A DNA stretch of 63,680 nucleotides, the filler included, from Choristocarpus tenellus KU-1152 (taxonomy: Eukaryota; Protista; Phaeophyceae): NCBI GenBank assembly GCA_964200185.2. It is 11 parts of 11 records of this genome, joined end to end, with 100 filler letters (N's around TTAATTAATTAA, not from the genome) between each part and the next. Parts side by side here need not be neighbours in the genome. Positions count along the whole stretch, not along the records: positions 5,139 to 14,727 come from CAXNAD020003552.1; positions 14,828 to 18,646 come from CAXNAD020017750.1; positions 18,747 to 22,095 come from CAXNAD020020638.1; positions 22,196 to 27,268 come from CAXNAD020011970.1; 7 more parts are not named here. One strand, given 5' to 3'. A program made the position numbers and the translations under genes. Of the stretch, positions 13,091-25,100 are shown one piece after another (position 1 is the first letter of the stretch; every line of letters starts with the position of its first letter). Under the pieces are notes generated by a model. The model was not told the DNA's origin. It made no database searches and saw nothing but the letters and a program-made list of their open reading frames with translations.

Positions 13091-14727
13091 AGTATTTATT
13101 CTGTTCAAGTTTTATATCCCTATATACTGAAATCAAATTTAAATACCATAATCATTTATGTAGGATATATATGTCGTAAGGTGGTACCAGTAGCTTCGCC
13201 CTCTGTGGCAATCTTTAATTTTTCACCATGTACACACCAAAGATATACAACAATATATATGTCAAATGACAAGAGGGTTTGAAGGTTTGTATCCACAAAT
13301 GCCCAGGGTTCGGGGAACGGGAGCTACGTCCCGATCAAAGCATGGCAAAAATGCGAGGGAATAGCTCTGGCACAATTTTGAGGGACAAGACTTCAAAACA
13401 GACAAAAATGAAGTGGTTGGCTGAACTCCTTGCAAAAAATTGGTGTGGAGTAGGTTATTGCCCAAGTTTGGCCGGTGTGTGTACACCGAAAGAAAAATCA
13501 AGATTTCCGGACATCTTTTTAACACCTTTTCCAGACTTTCTGTGAGCACACACCCACTTGACTTACACAGCAACATGAACCACAACGGTGAGACAAGGAG
13601 AGCCACCGAGGCCACTCTGCCCCCTGGATCTACCCTTGGCACCTTCTCTGTCGAGAGGCGACGGAAAAGCAAGTACCGTGTGACACTCAGTGCAATGTTA
13701 GGTGACGAGAAAGTGCGAGTAGTGTGATGCACCATCATGATCAAATCACGAAATGGATCACGCGTTCGCGACACTGACGCTGAGAGAAGATTATTGAAAT
13801 ATCCACACTGGATCCACGGCTTTGGTGCTTTGATGAAGGACAATGAATAGCTAGATGTAGATATGCAATGTTAATATTACAAGAGGCTTATGGTCTCGAT
13901 TCCGCTGACTAAATTGGTGGGGGTCAGACATGCCTAGACTATCATTACTATTCCTATAGTGTGGGGTTTGCAATCGTCCTCACTAATTTACTATAAATCA
14001 CTTATTTACTTGTCTTTAGTATGTATCTTCAACATGACACAGAAATCAATGGACACTATGAGTCAGTACATTTGATGTATGTCACTGGCTCTCCATCCTA
14101 TTATTCTAATCCACTGGTGGTGTCTATAGTGTATCAGCAGCACTATCTACGAACAAAGATGTATTGAAAGCACATTTCCACAAAATCGTGGTTGGGTCTT
14201 CAACCACGTCGGAGAACCGCTCTGCTGTCTCTGCCACCTCGGGAAAACAGGAAGACAACGGCGAGTCCATCACCAGGTGGTACAGTGACGAAGTCTGTGG
14301 GGAAGCCTGGTCACGGTGGGCGAAGGAAACAGAGTGGTCACCATCGGGGAAGAGAGCAGTGCGACTGCGTACCATTACGCTCAGGAAACGCCCAAGCGAA
14401 AACGAAGGGGGTAGAATATCTTAGTAGTCGACAGTTGCAGCAGGCCCTGGCTGCTTGGAAGCTGTGCGAGCCAGAGTGGCTTAAGGAAACGAGAAAGAAG
14501 GTGTTAAGGTTGGGCTACAAGGGCTCTGAAGCCCAAAAGAAGGTCGAAAGGACTCGCAAGGCAGAGGAGAAAGCGATCGTAACAAAGGCAGCTCTGGAGA
14601 CCTTTCGATACCATCAAATCCTTTACTTAGAAGAGGTCGTGAAGCAGGTGGAGGTATCCATCGATGAGGACGCCAAGGAAAGAGAGGAGGCGAGATTGAG
14701 ACTATTTGCACACCAATGGTTTGATGT

Positions 14728-14827
14728 NNNNNNNNNNNNNNNNNNNNNNNNNNNNNNNNNNNNNNNNNNNNTTAATTAATTAANNNNNNNNNNNNNNNNN
14801 NNNNNNNNNNNNNNNNNNNNNNNNNNN
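14728..14827. other. Artificial contig-joining spacer
   Basis: 44N-TTAATTAATTAA-44N. Confidence 0.97.
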
Positions 14828-15307
14828 ATATTGGAGGGGGGGGTGTTCAGGCTAGATCGTCTATTCAGGGCTAGATAGGGTGTTGCAAAACACCCCAGTT
14901 TGACACCTTTTCTGCGGGTGCTGTTACTTCTGATCTGGTCCAGACGGGGGGATGGAAATGAAGGCCACTTCACAGGGAATTGCCATTTTTTTTTTACACA
15001 TTTACTTTTTTATATGGCATGAAAATCACTGAAGGGTCACACAAGACCCACATGGACGCCCGAACCCCCTTTAGGATAGTGTTGGCTGCTAGATCACATA
15101 TACTTGGCATACCTGTGCCCTGAGCTCCACACTCCCACTGCAACTAGTTAAGTATGAATTAGTTGCATAAACCTGGTCATGCACATCATGGTGTACACTA
15201 GTGCTTTGAGTGTTCTGTTAATGAATAGTTTCGAGGGGATACTCTAAACTAAGGGACGGCAATATACAGCATTGTATACTAGTGCTTTGTGTGTTCTGTT
15301 AGTGAAT

Positions 15308-15490
15308 GGCTCAAATTATCTGGGAGGGGGTGGCGACTGTCCATTTGGGGGTCGATTTTTTCATGTCGCGATTTTTCGGTGAATTGGTTGTATACGTCGG
15401 ATGGATACTGTAAATGCACTTTACCTTATTTTGACCCAAATGGACACCTTGGTGTAGACCCCCCCTCTCCCCTCCCAGATACTTTGGGTC
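15308..15490 (+). mobile_element. MITE family D, complete (183 bp), TSD AAT
   Basis: TIRs GGCTCAAATTATCTGGG / CCCAGATACTTTGGGTC with AAT on both flanks. An empty paralogous site lies immediately upstream. Confidence 0.9.
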
Positions 15491-16293
15491 AATAGTCTCG
15501 AGGGAATACTCTAAACTAAGGGACTGCAATATACCGCGTGTATGTACTCTTCCTCATAGTAGTCTCAATGTGACGGCAACCAGTGAATTGCCTGGAAAGT
15601 AGAAATTCAGGTTGTGGTTATTTGGGCGAGATATGCACACTTTACAACTCTGTGCCCAACGTTTACACGCAGTCCAATCAGGACCGCACAATTTTCGCCA
15701 AATGCTCAAAGTTTCCTTGCACCCTCTACACTGGTATTGTCATCGATCTTTTTTATTAGAGGTATTTGAAAGGAAAAGTTAAAAAAACAAAGAAGGGAGC
15801 AATGATTGAGATGAGAACGACACACACTACTACTGTTAGTTAGCACGACAGGAACATCTATGTGTGAATCTATCCCTATGTACTGACCCTATTATCCCGC
15901 CGAGTCATACAGTTATGGGTTTCATGGCTAATCCAAGTAGTTACCACCCTTTGATGCACCGTAATCTGTCGAATACATTACGAATGGCGAGGGTTGGTCA
16001 TGTTTGTGACAAGAATAACATGATTTTACAACTGATCGCGTTTACCTCAGATTTGGAATTGTGACTTTCATGGTTATCGAACCAGCCACCACCCTACAAC
16101 ATAACCTTCATCATGGATGCCTCGGAATATCCCAGTTTGCGAGTGGAGCAGCATAAACCTGCCACTATTCGTTTAAGCCGGATAATGGACAAGTGCATCC
16201 ATGCCTAGCTACCCATCCCATTATTACTCTATATCCTTTACTTTTGACTCTTTCACGAAATCCCACACTAAGTATCACCTTAAATGAGGACCT

Positions 16294-16551
16294 GAGCCAA
16301 ACCGAATGAGAGGTAGGTAGGGTTGCATTTAAGGATCAGCACAAAGGTAAAAAAGATGCCAGTTGTACAATTGCAGGAAAAGGCTTTGCTTAGTTCTGGT
16401 TCACTTTGTGTGTGGAAAAGGAGAGTATCAATTTTGCGTGCACTATTGTGCATATGAAGCAATGAAATAGATTGTACTGTGCACAGGGTTAAGAAAGATG
16501 GTTTAGAATGCAAAAGGGTCCAAACTTGCCTACCTCTCAGTTTTTTGACTT
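16294..16551 (+). mobile_element. MITE family B, TSD CCT
   Basis: TIRs GAGCCAAACCGAATGAGAGGTAGG / CCTACCTCTCAGTTTTTTGACTT. Homologous to 16951, 20857, 34703, 44874 and 53832. Confidence 0.85.
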
Positions 16552-16950
16552 CCTCATCTTTCATTTCATTACAAATACTGCAGGAATAACGATGTTGGCG
16601 ACAGAATTGGCGCTATCTTCGACCGATCGATGTAAACCCAATACCTTCCTAGTTACATCTTTCATGGGTAATCTAACCACCGATCATCCTACAATTGGCC
16701 TATTCCGCCAATTTCATCACAAATACCAAGGAATATCCAACTTTGCGACTGGAGTAACATAGACTAACACTGGTCGCTTAATCAGGACTCTATATGAGTG
16801 TATTATCTATCCCAGTTACCGCCCTATTGTCACCCCTATACTATGTTCTCCAATTCTTACTTTTCCAGATAATCAAGCTACCCCCTACCATGATTCATGA
16901 TCTTTTTATTCAGGATAGAGATTTAAGGAATAACGATGTTGGTGACAGTA

Positions 16951-17208
16951 GAGCAAAACCAATGGCGAGATAGGCAGGGTTGCATTTTAAGGATCCTGTT
17001 AAAGGGCAAAAATACGCCATTTTGTACAATTGGAGAAAAGAGTGGTTGCATAATTGTGGTGTCACATTGTGTTCAGAATGGGGGATATCAATTATGCATA
17101 AACTATTGTGCACATAAACCAATTGAGTAGAGTGCATTGCGCAGGGCAAGAAAGATGGGTTAGAATGCAAAGGGTCCAAACCTGCATACCTCTCAATTGA
17201 TTTGGCTT
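16951..17208 (+). mobile_element. MITE family B
   Basis: GAGCAAAACCAAT...CCTCTCAATTGATTTGGCTT, colinear with 16294-16551. TSD unclear. Confidence 0.85.
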
Positions 17209-18646
17209 AGGAATAGCAGAATCTACGGCTGCTCATGTAGACCCAAAGATACCCTCCCCCAGACTATGAATTTCACGGGGTATCCAACCAGCTAACTCTC
17301 TATTGCGTGCGCTATTATTTGTGACCAAAACTGCACCAGGTACACTGTTCGCCTAGACTCGTCTACCAACTGACACATCTATTTCTATATACCAACTCTA
17401 TCATCACGTTCGATCCTCAATTATCTCTTTTATGATGGAAAAGATACCACCTTACAGTACACTTTATTACACTTGATACTTTCAATTTTTCACCATCAAC
17501 ACCAACGAAGCTTGACCATACTGTCTCGTCTGCTCAGCATACATCTCCACCTTTGTTGCCAGACCTCCTTCCCTCTCCCTTCTTCCGGGAAAGATTACTT
17601 GGAAGTTGCTTGAGCTCTCCCCCCCTAGTCCTTTCCAAAACCTTCGACCTTGTTCTTTTCTTAATTTGCGTACACCTCCCTACCCTCCTACCCTCTATTA
17701 TTGCTTAACACCACTCATTCTATTATCTCTTTCAACTATCAAGTCTGTCGTTAAGGCATCCAATCTTCAACCCATCCTCCTTACAATCTTCCTTGTCTTG
17801 ATCTAAACGTCACGTGATTTTTTCATTCTATCTCAACCAATTCTCAAATCGATTAAAGTTGTATTTTAATGAACTTTTCATTTTTGTCAAATATTTTTTG
17901 GGGTGATGTTTTTCCTCTTTAGTTCTGTTTTTTGTTCTCCTTTTGTTCTTTTGTTCAACTTTTTCTTTTCTTGTAGTTGTTGTTGAGTTTGTGAAGGAGC
18001 GGTATTTTCGACCAAAGGTCCAGGATTCGTTAAGACTTATTATTTATTATCTCACAAATCCATTCTGACTAATAAATATAAAAAATAACCAAGATCCTGT
18101 ACCTTTTATATACCAAGCTATTTCGGAGGCGTTTCTGACTGTTGTTGTTGAATTGAACCAACACAATCCTTATCAAAAGTTTGGAGATCGATACACTTGT
18201 CGACCTCTCCGAGACGTGTGCAGGCTTTTTTGAGAGCACAACGTGCAATCAATCTCCCTCCCTTCGCAAGGGAAGTGTAAAATCATGATTCCCATAATTT
18301 CTGCTGGAAGGCGAAAGAGAGCGTCGCGGATACCTGCCGTCGGGGGGTTCGCGGGTCAAACCTATCCTTCTTTCGTGGATGACAAGGATACTCTCCTGGG
18401 ATCGCAACCTTCTGGACCCGAAACCCCTCTCCCCCTCCTCGCTCCCTCTTCCAGTCCGGCTAAATTTTCTGGTCAGAAATCGTTCGAGAGTCATGCAACC
18501 ACTGTTGTGGGTGGATCAACGGGCGATCTTGTGGGGAGTCAACCCTTACCAACCCTGGGGACATCAACTGGCAAGGGGGGTTGGGTGAACCCGAGTCCAC
18601 GAGAGGTAGCCGCCCTGGCTACATTTGGTGCTGAGTGGTATGTTAC

Positions 18647-18746
18647 NNNNNNNNNNNNNNNNNNNNNNNNNNNNNNNNNNNNNNNNNNNNTTAATTAATT
18701 AANNNNNNNNNNNNNNNNNNNNNNNNNNNNNNNNNNNNNNNNNNNN
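18647..18746. other. Artificial contig-joining spacer
   Basis: 44N-TTAATTAATTAA-44N. Confidence 0.97.
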
Positions 18747-20274
18747 GTGGTTGTTGGGATGGATGTGGGTTGGGGTCCCTGGTGGGGGAGGCTGGCCTTC
18801 GAAGCCCCGTAATATCTCTTATCACCTCCTCTCCTGCCTCCTCCTCCTCGTAGCTGTGTAGGGGCGGGTCCCTCTCCCTGCTACCATCATTGTGTGCCTC
18901 TACCACCTCACTGGTCCCATTCCCCTTTGTGCTCGTTCGGTTTTAATAATATCATATCAATACTACAAATAGAAAACTGTTCTCTTATTGTCTTGGTAAA
19001 ACTGTAGAGCTCTCTGTTAAATCGATTTTTAAAATAGTGTATACAAAGTGTACAAAGAGGTTTGAAAAAATATATTTCTCAGACCTCTACTTCATCGTTT
19101 TGAAAAATAGTATGTGAAGTACTAAGAGTTCTATTTTTCTATTTTAATAGTTTCTTTGAAACGTATATAGATATACGACAAGAAAAGTGTATTAGTAAAA
19201 CATACTGCATATAGTGTATGTACTATGTTGTAGTACTGAATGTAGGAATGTAAGTAACAGCAATTTTCTGCCTCCCTGTTCGAGTCCCCCTTGTGTATGT
19301 ACTTATTTCAACTAATGTGGATTATTGCTCAAGCATCGAAAAGGTTATCCATTCTTCTTGTACAAAGGAAGGACAGACAACGCCCAATCTGAATTGGGAG
19401 GGCCCGAATAAATCATATTGTTTCCGTCAAATTAATGGTTGTATAAGAGATAAATGACTAAGTCGCCACAAATGTGACATTTCACATGGTAGTAGAAAAG
19501 GGTGTTTTGTTGTAGTGCCCAGTGGCACAACGTGGATTACTCTGTTGTATCTATTCGATCAGCTTGTACTAGACAACGATGCAGGTGTGCCCATCATGAG
19601 CATGTGGAGGATCCCCACCTGGCCTCTCCGGACGAACTCCAATTCTCCCAAGCAAGTCACCCCATCAAGGGGAATCAGTCCTCACAGTGCAGTTCCCGCC
19701 AAAGTCTTACGCTGATTATTGTTATATTTTGGAAAATAAAGAATGATGTGGGGCCCACCTGGGTGGGCTTTAATGCAACTCTCAACTAACACTTCAAAAC
19801 TCAAAACGCTTGTGCATAATGACACTGACAACCATCCCTTGCTCCGCTCAGGAAAGAGTCCTCAGTGCGATTTAGACTTCTCTTGTGGTGCTTGAATCCA
19901 GAATAAGTTTGACAAAGTATGATACCATCATATGCAAAAGAAGTAGACTCCTGTACGACTGTTAAACTACTTTGAAACTATTTTGTATTCAAGAGAATGA
20001 ATTAGTGGACAATACTGAAATGATGAGATCACAACTTCTTTTTCGCCTCACGCTGGACATAGGATGAGGGTTGCAACACATCATGTTGGCAGTATGATCC
20101 ATTTGCCGATAGGATTCATTTGGTTATCAGGGCGCAAGTGAGCCTGGAGATGGGGTCATGGACTGTAGTAAATGTGCCCCAAGTTAAATATACTTACGTT
20201 GGATGATGCAGTATACTAGTGGTACTGCTTATGCCACATGAATACTATGCACCTCGTGAAAGGGACAGAAAGAT

Positions 20275-20457
20275 GACTCAAAGGATCTGGGGCGGGGGGG
20301 GTCTACACCAGGGTGTCCATTTGGGCCCTGACCAGAAGAAGTGCACTTACATTATCCATCTGACGCATGCAAGCAATTTCACCCAAAAATCGTTACATGG
20401 AAAAATGGGCCCCGATTGGACAGCCGCCACCCCCCTCACCAGCAGATGCTTTGAGCC
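20275..20457 (-). mobile_element. MITE family D, complete (183 bp), 4-bp TSD AGAT
   Basis: Reverse-complement homologue of 15308-15490. AGAT at 20271-20274 and 20458-20461. Confidence 0.88.
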
Positions 20458-20519
20458 AGATCTAGAGTATGAGCAAAATGTCCCTGGTGTTAATCCAGGG
20501 ATTCCAGTTACCCAATGTG

Positions 20520-20760
20520 AGTAGGGTCGCGTCTGTTTGGGGTAATAAATCCAATGTTGCGATTTTGATGAATATTGGCTATGATGTTTGTTAGCAAGTG
20601 TTAATATCCTTGCTCCGGACACACCTATCATATTCTTATACAGCTGAGGAAACTGTGTTCACACAGAAAATCGAAAAGGGGGGCATAAAAAACCCGTGGG
20701 AAGCCAAGCCCAGAGCAGAAGAACAGGGCAAAACTCTTACCATCTTAAATGCTTCGAGTC
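20520..20760 (+). mobile_element. MITE family A variant, left end degraded
   Basis: AATCCAATGTTGCGATTTTG...AATATCCTTGCTCCGGACACACC...GGGAAGCCAAGC...AAATGCTTCGAGTC. Confidence 0.8.
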
Positions 20761-20856
20761 AGTATGAGGCCGGCACTATTACTCCCTGTAATGCTTAGAA
20801 TGTGCTCTTTCCAGTGGATGTGTACGAAGAGTGGCATAAATACCATTACATACTCT

Positions 20857-21106
20857 GAGCCAAACCAATATAGAGCAGTGGGCAGGTTTGAACCCTTTTG
20901 CATTCCAAGCTATCTTTCTTACCCTGTACAATATACCCTATGACATTGCTCTATGAGCTCAACAGTGTACACATAATCGAGATTCTCCGTTTCCACACAC
21001 AGAGTGACACCACAAATCAGCAAATGCTCTTTCTGCAATTGTACAAAATAGCATCATTTTGTCATTATTTCTTGGGGTCCTTGTAATTCAACCCTCTCTA
21101 CCTCAT
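20857..21106 (-). mobile_element. MITE family B, one end degraded
   Basis: GAGCCAAACCAAT..GGCAGGTTTGAACCCTTTTGCATTC is the reverse complement of the family-B right arm. Confidence 0.75.
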
Positions 21107-21373
21107 ATGCAATGATCGAATGCAAACAAAAACGTATTGAGGGGGGGTATGGGATGTTGAGTGAGACCTATGTGCTATTGGTTTTCAGTGAAACATGAAA
21201 CAAGTCACTTGAATGGTGTAGTGTCACTTTTCATCCGTGCCATGTCCCCTACCTCAACATGAATATTGTTCATTATAAATGAAATACTCCGGAGTGTATA
21301 AATATTACATGGTTCCTGTGGAGTGCATCTCAATTTTATTTATTTTTTGTAAGGAGTTCTACGTTGGTCTGCA

Positions 21374-21626
21374 GAGCCAAAGTAAACAAGAGGTACCCAG
21401 GGTTGCACTTTGAGGGCGTTCGCAAATATGTGCAAAGCTCGTCCTTTTGTACAAATTTGTAAACAAAATTTTCACAATTCTGTCAAAAAGACAATGAGAA
21501 ATCAACCCTCTCAGGTCAACCTTATCACTTCAAACCATATAAATATGGGTGAATTGTAAAAGACGAAAAAAGTGACTTAAAATGCAAACCGGCAAGTACC
21601 TGGGTACCTCTCGTTTACTTTGAATC
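21374..21626. mobile_element. MITE family C (single copy here)
   Basis: ~28-bp TIRs GAGCCAAAGTAAACAAGAGGTACCCAGG / CCTGGGTACCTCTCGTTTACTTTGAATC. No clean TSD. Confidence 0.8.
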
Positions 21627-21879
21627 AGCTGTGTACTTCCAATTCAAAGTTCATACCACTGCGGTACACATCTCAGACAGGGTTCAAAAACTGAGGTATT
21701 GATAGGGACCATGCGCCAGTAGTTGAACCTCGTACAATGTACTTTTGAAGTCCTGTATTCGCTATTCTGTGGAGTATACCATTAATACTATTGTTGCAGT
21801 TTCGAAAAATGGTTGTACTACTGTAAACACTTTGTCTTCAACTCTGTCTTGGAAGGCATTTTGGTTTTGTCTCGTACTT

Positions 21880-22020
21880 CTATGTTTGGGAAGGAATATG
21901 CTCAGAACCACCGAAGGAGAACATCCCCCCACCGTTAGTACCAGAACCAACTTCAAGGTCCAAGATGCGCGTTTTCAGCTTGGATGACTCCTCCCCAGCA
22001 GCCTTGGCATTCAGTACCAT
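21880..22020 (-). CDS. Probable terminal exon of an unidentified gene (MVLNAKAAGEESSKLKTRILDLEVGSGTNGGGMFSFGGSEHIPSQT*)
   Basis: cag| acceptor, 47 open codons and protein-like composition. No family recognised. Confidence 0.35.
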   Translation of the reverse strand: MVLNAKAAGEESSKLKTRILDLEVGSGTNGGGMFSFGGSEHIPSQT

Positions 22021-22073
22021 CTGCCGTTTCAAAATGTGTGTTGGTGATTTAGTGTGGCGCGCCTAGAAGAAGA

Positions 22074-22095
22074 GACTCAAAGTATCTGGGGGGGG
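22074..22095 (+). mobile_element. Family-D TIR end at contig break
   Basis: GACTCAAAGTATCTGGGGGGG then gap. Confidence 0.7.
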
Positions 22096-22195
22096 NNNNN
22101 NNNNNNNNNNNNNNNNNNNNNNNNNNNNNNNNNNNNNNNTTAATTAATTAANNNNNNNNNNNNNNNNNNNNNNNNNNNNNNNNNNNNNNNNNNNN
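22096..22195. other. Artificial contig-joining spacer
   Basis: 44N-TTAATTAATTAA-44N. Confidence 0.97.
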
Positions 22196-25100
22196 ATGAA
22201 GGAGCTATTGAAGGAGGACCTGAAACGGGCACCCCCTTTCCCAGAGGTGGTCGGAAGTCGACGCATGCTGAGATTTCTCAGGTGTTGTGACCCCCTCAAC
22301 CACAGTTCTCCGCTATCGCGTACACTACTGCATCAAGATAACAAATCGGCGATATATGCACCAATTGATGTACGTGGAAATCAACCACGCAAACATGTCA
22401 TTACGACCATAGCCTCATATGCCTCTATTGTTACGACAACTTGAGCACCTTGGACTTATAGTGTGACAGGCATTGTCGTGGAACGTGTTCCGTATGTCTC
22501 TTGGATGATTACTTCTTGTGTTGTCTCTCTTTAGTGGAAAGGTTGCCTTTCCACGAACTGTGACGATGTCACTTAATTGTGCTTTTCATATATTTCAATG
22601 GTGAATGCGGGCCTCTTCTTCGTCAAATGCCTGTCTTCAGGCTTTTTGCTTGCCTGCAAGTCTCACCTATTTCTTCGCCCTCACATTTCTCAGCGTGGAC
22701 GTTTAGCAGGTCCAAGTCTTTACGCTTCTACAAACCTCCTCTCAAGACTATCTTTACAGCTCCTTACTGTCTTTCCCGTACCTGTTTCACAGGCCTTCAC
22801 CTTTCCTCATTCCTGCTTAAAGTATTGGATGTGTCAGTTCTAACCTCTCGTGGACAGTCTGCACTGGCTTAGAATCCCTCAATCCCAAATATCCAATGCC
22901 CTAGGGGGCACAAATACGATGTTGCTAAGGCAGCCTCAATGATGAAGGCAATGCTTCAATGGCGGGAGGAGAATGGAGTAGACCAGATCAGGGAGGACAT
23001 TGTTAAAAACAAGAAATTCAACCCCAGGTGACATCCTATCTACTAAAGGAAGATGGGTGGAGAGGTCCTACCTTCTTCTAGGCACTGGGTGAAGGCCATA
23101 GTTTTGTATATCCTACCATACTAGCAGTTATGTGATTGCCAGACATGGTGGAATTATAGTAGGATGCCCAATTTGATTTGACTAATTTAGATTTTGTAAA
23201 GAAGTTGACATGAATTCGTTTGAGTTACATAAGCTCTTGTCTTTTGTCTCTGGTGTGAACAGGGAGTACATGGCAGGCAGCTATATCATTTCCACTTCAG
23301 CACAATGCTGTTGCTGTACTGATTTTACCACCCGCTCAAATCAAGGCGTGGACAAGCTCCGTGCTTTTTCTTCTCACCAACTCAACCTACCAATCCAAAT
23401 CCGTCGTTGCCCTGTTTTTTTGCTGAGTAGGCAGTTTCCCCAGGGGGATACAATCACTAAGTTGTTCCCAGTCATTGTTGCGAACCCCCTCTGCGTGAGC
23501 CATGAGGGACTTCCCCTTGGATATGAAAGCTATGGATTCAGTCCTAGGAAGGCAAGTTTGGAGTACTGCACAAGGGGAACCACAGTAGTGTCCAGTGATC
23601 CAATGCATGGCAGGAGGGAGGGGAGATGTGGATGAAGGATGCAAGCGTTTTGTATGTGGTAATCTGTATATTTGTTGCCTGTGGGAGAGGATGTGGTCCA
23701 GGTATAAGAGGTAAAGTAGTCAAGATGCTCACATGTCTTGGAGAGGCATCCCGGATTCATTGCCTTTGGTCAAAGTTGGAGATTATCTCATGATGAAATG
23801 GTGAGCATTTAGTGGATTTTTTTGAAGGGTTTCATATGTCCCTCTGCACACCCTCTCCCCCTGCCCTCAAACAGTTGTATGTTGATTCATGCCAAGAGAT
23901 CTGTGTGTCCTTATTCCACCGGTGAAGTTTCCATCTTATGATTGTGAAGAGCATTAGAAACTCACCTTGTGTTTGAGGCAACTCATCATGAGAGCTCATG
24001 GTCTGTTGATCCTTTTCCCACACCCCATCTCCTTCTACCAATCTCTCTCGGGGGGTTTCCAATGGATGATGCTTCGGGTAAACACTTTGTTGTATCTGAA
24101 GGTGTCCAACGAAGCCGGGGGCAACCTCAACTTCTTCATTCACTTCCACATATACTGCCAGGAGTTCAAACAGGTGAGTTTTGGGAACAGCTTGAGTATG
24201 GCAAAGGTGGGGCTGACTGTGATGGTGCAATGTTGTAGGCAATGACTGAGAGCCCAAGCTGCTAAATGACCAGATCTGTGTGCGTGTGAGTTTTCATAGC
24301 TGAACATCATTTTGTCCTCCGCCTGCTCAGTAAGGCGCATCTTCTCCTCAGTGTAGTGGTATATTGCAGTTTAGTAAGGATTGTTACTCGTTGAGCCTTG
24401 CACAGGCGGATCCCGTAAGGGGGGAGGGTTCATATAGTTTCTCAGCATTGTCAAGTTTGTTCTCATATCTACTCAAGTATTATTCTAATATAACCAAGTC
24501 AGAATTGTCATCTGATAGCCCTTAATTCCAAGAGTTCCAACCCAACAGAGAAGTATGGGTTTTGTCTCTCCTCACACACACACACACCCTCCCTGCTGCA
24601 CCTCTCCAGTTGTGCCTGGATAGCCTTTCAGATGCAAGGGAGATACACAACCTGGCAAAGAGGAGGGATAGTCTTAGAGGGTCCCAAGCAAAAGAGGTGG
24701 GCAATCCACTCAATCTGGGGTGGTTATTAATGATGAGAGGAGCTGTGGATACAGCAAAGGTGGTGTGTGTGTGGGGGGGGTTCCTTTGCTTTTTTTTTGT
24801 TTTTTTTATGATGTGGCAGAACAAAACTGCCCACATATGTTGTTCGGAGAAGTGTGAATTTCCTGATTCTGTGAGTAACAAGTGGTTGAGATAGCGAAAA
24901 GTGATTCTGGTGGGGCTACAGTAGGGCCATGACTAGGTGATATGTGGTACATTGTTTTTGTCTCATGTGGATAACATCCACACTTGCAGATAAGATGACA
25001 CGCACACTCTGTAGAAACGCAGTGGTTATGTCTGCATCTAGATGGGAAGAATGCTGCTCATCTTGGCTGCCCCACTGTGATTGCCTAGCTTAGCTAGGAA

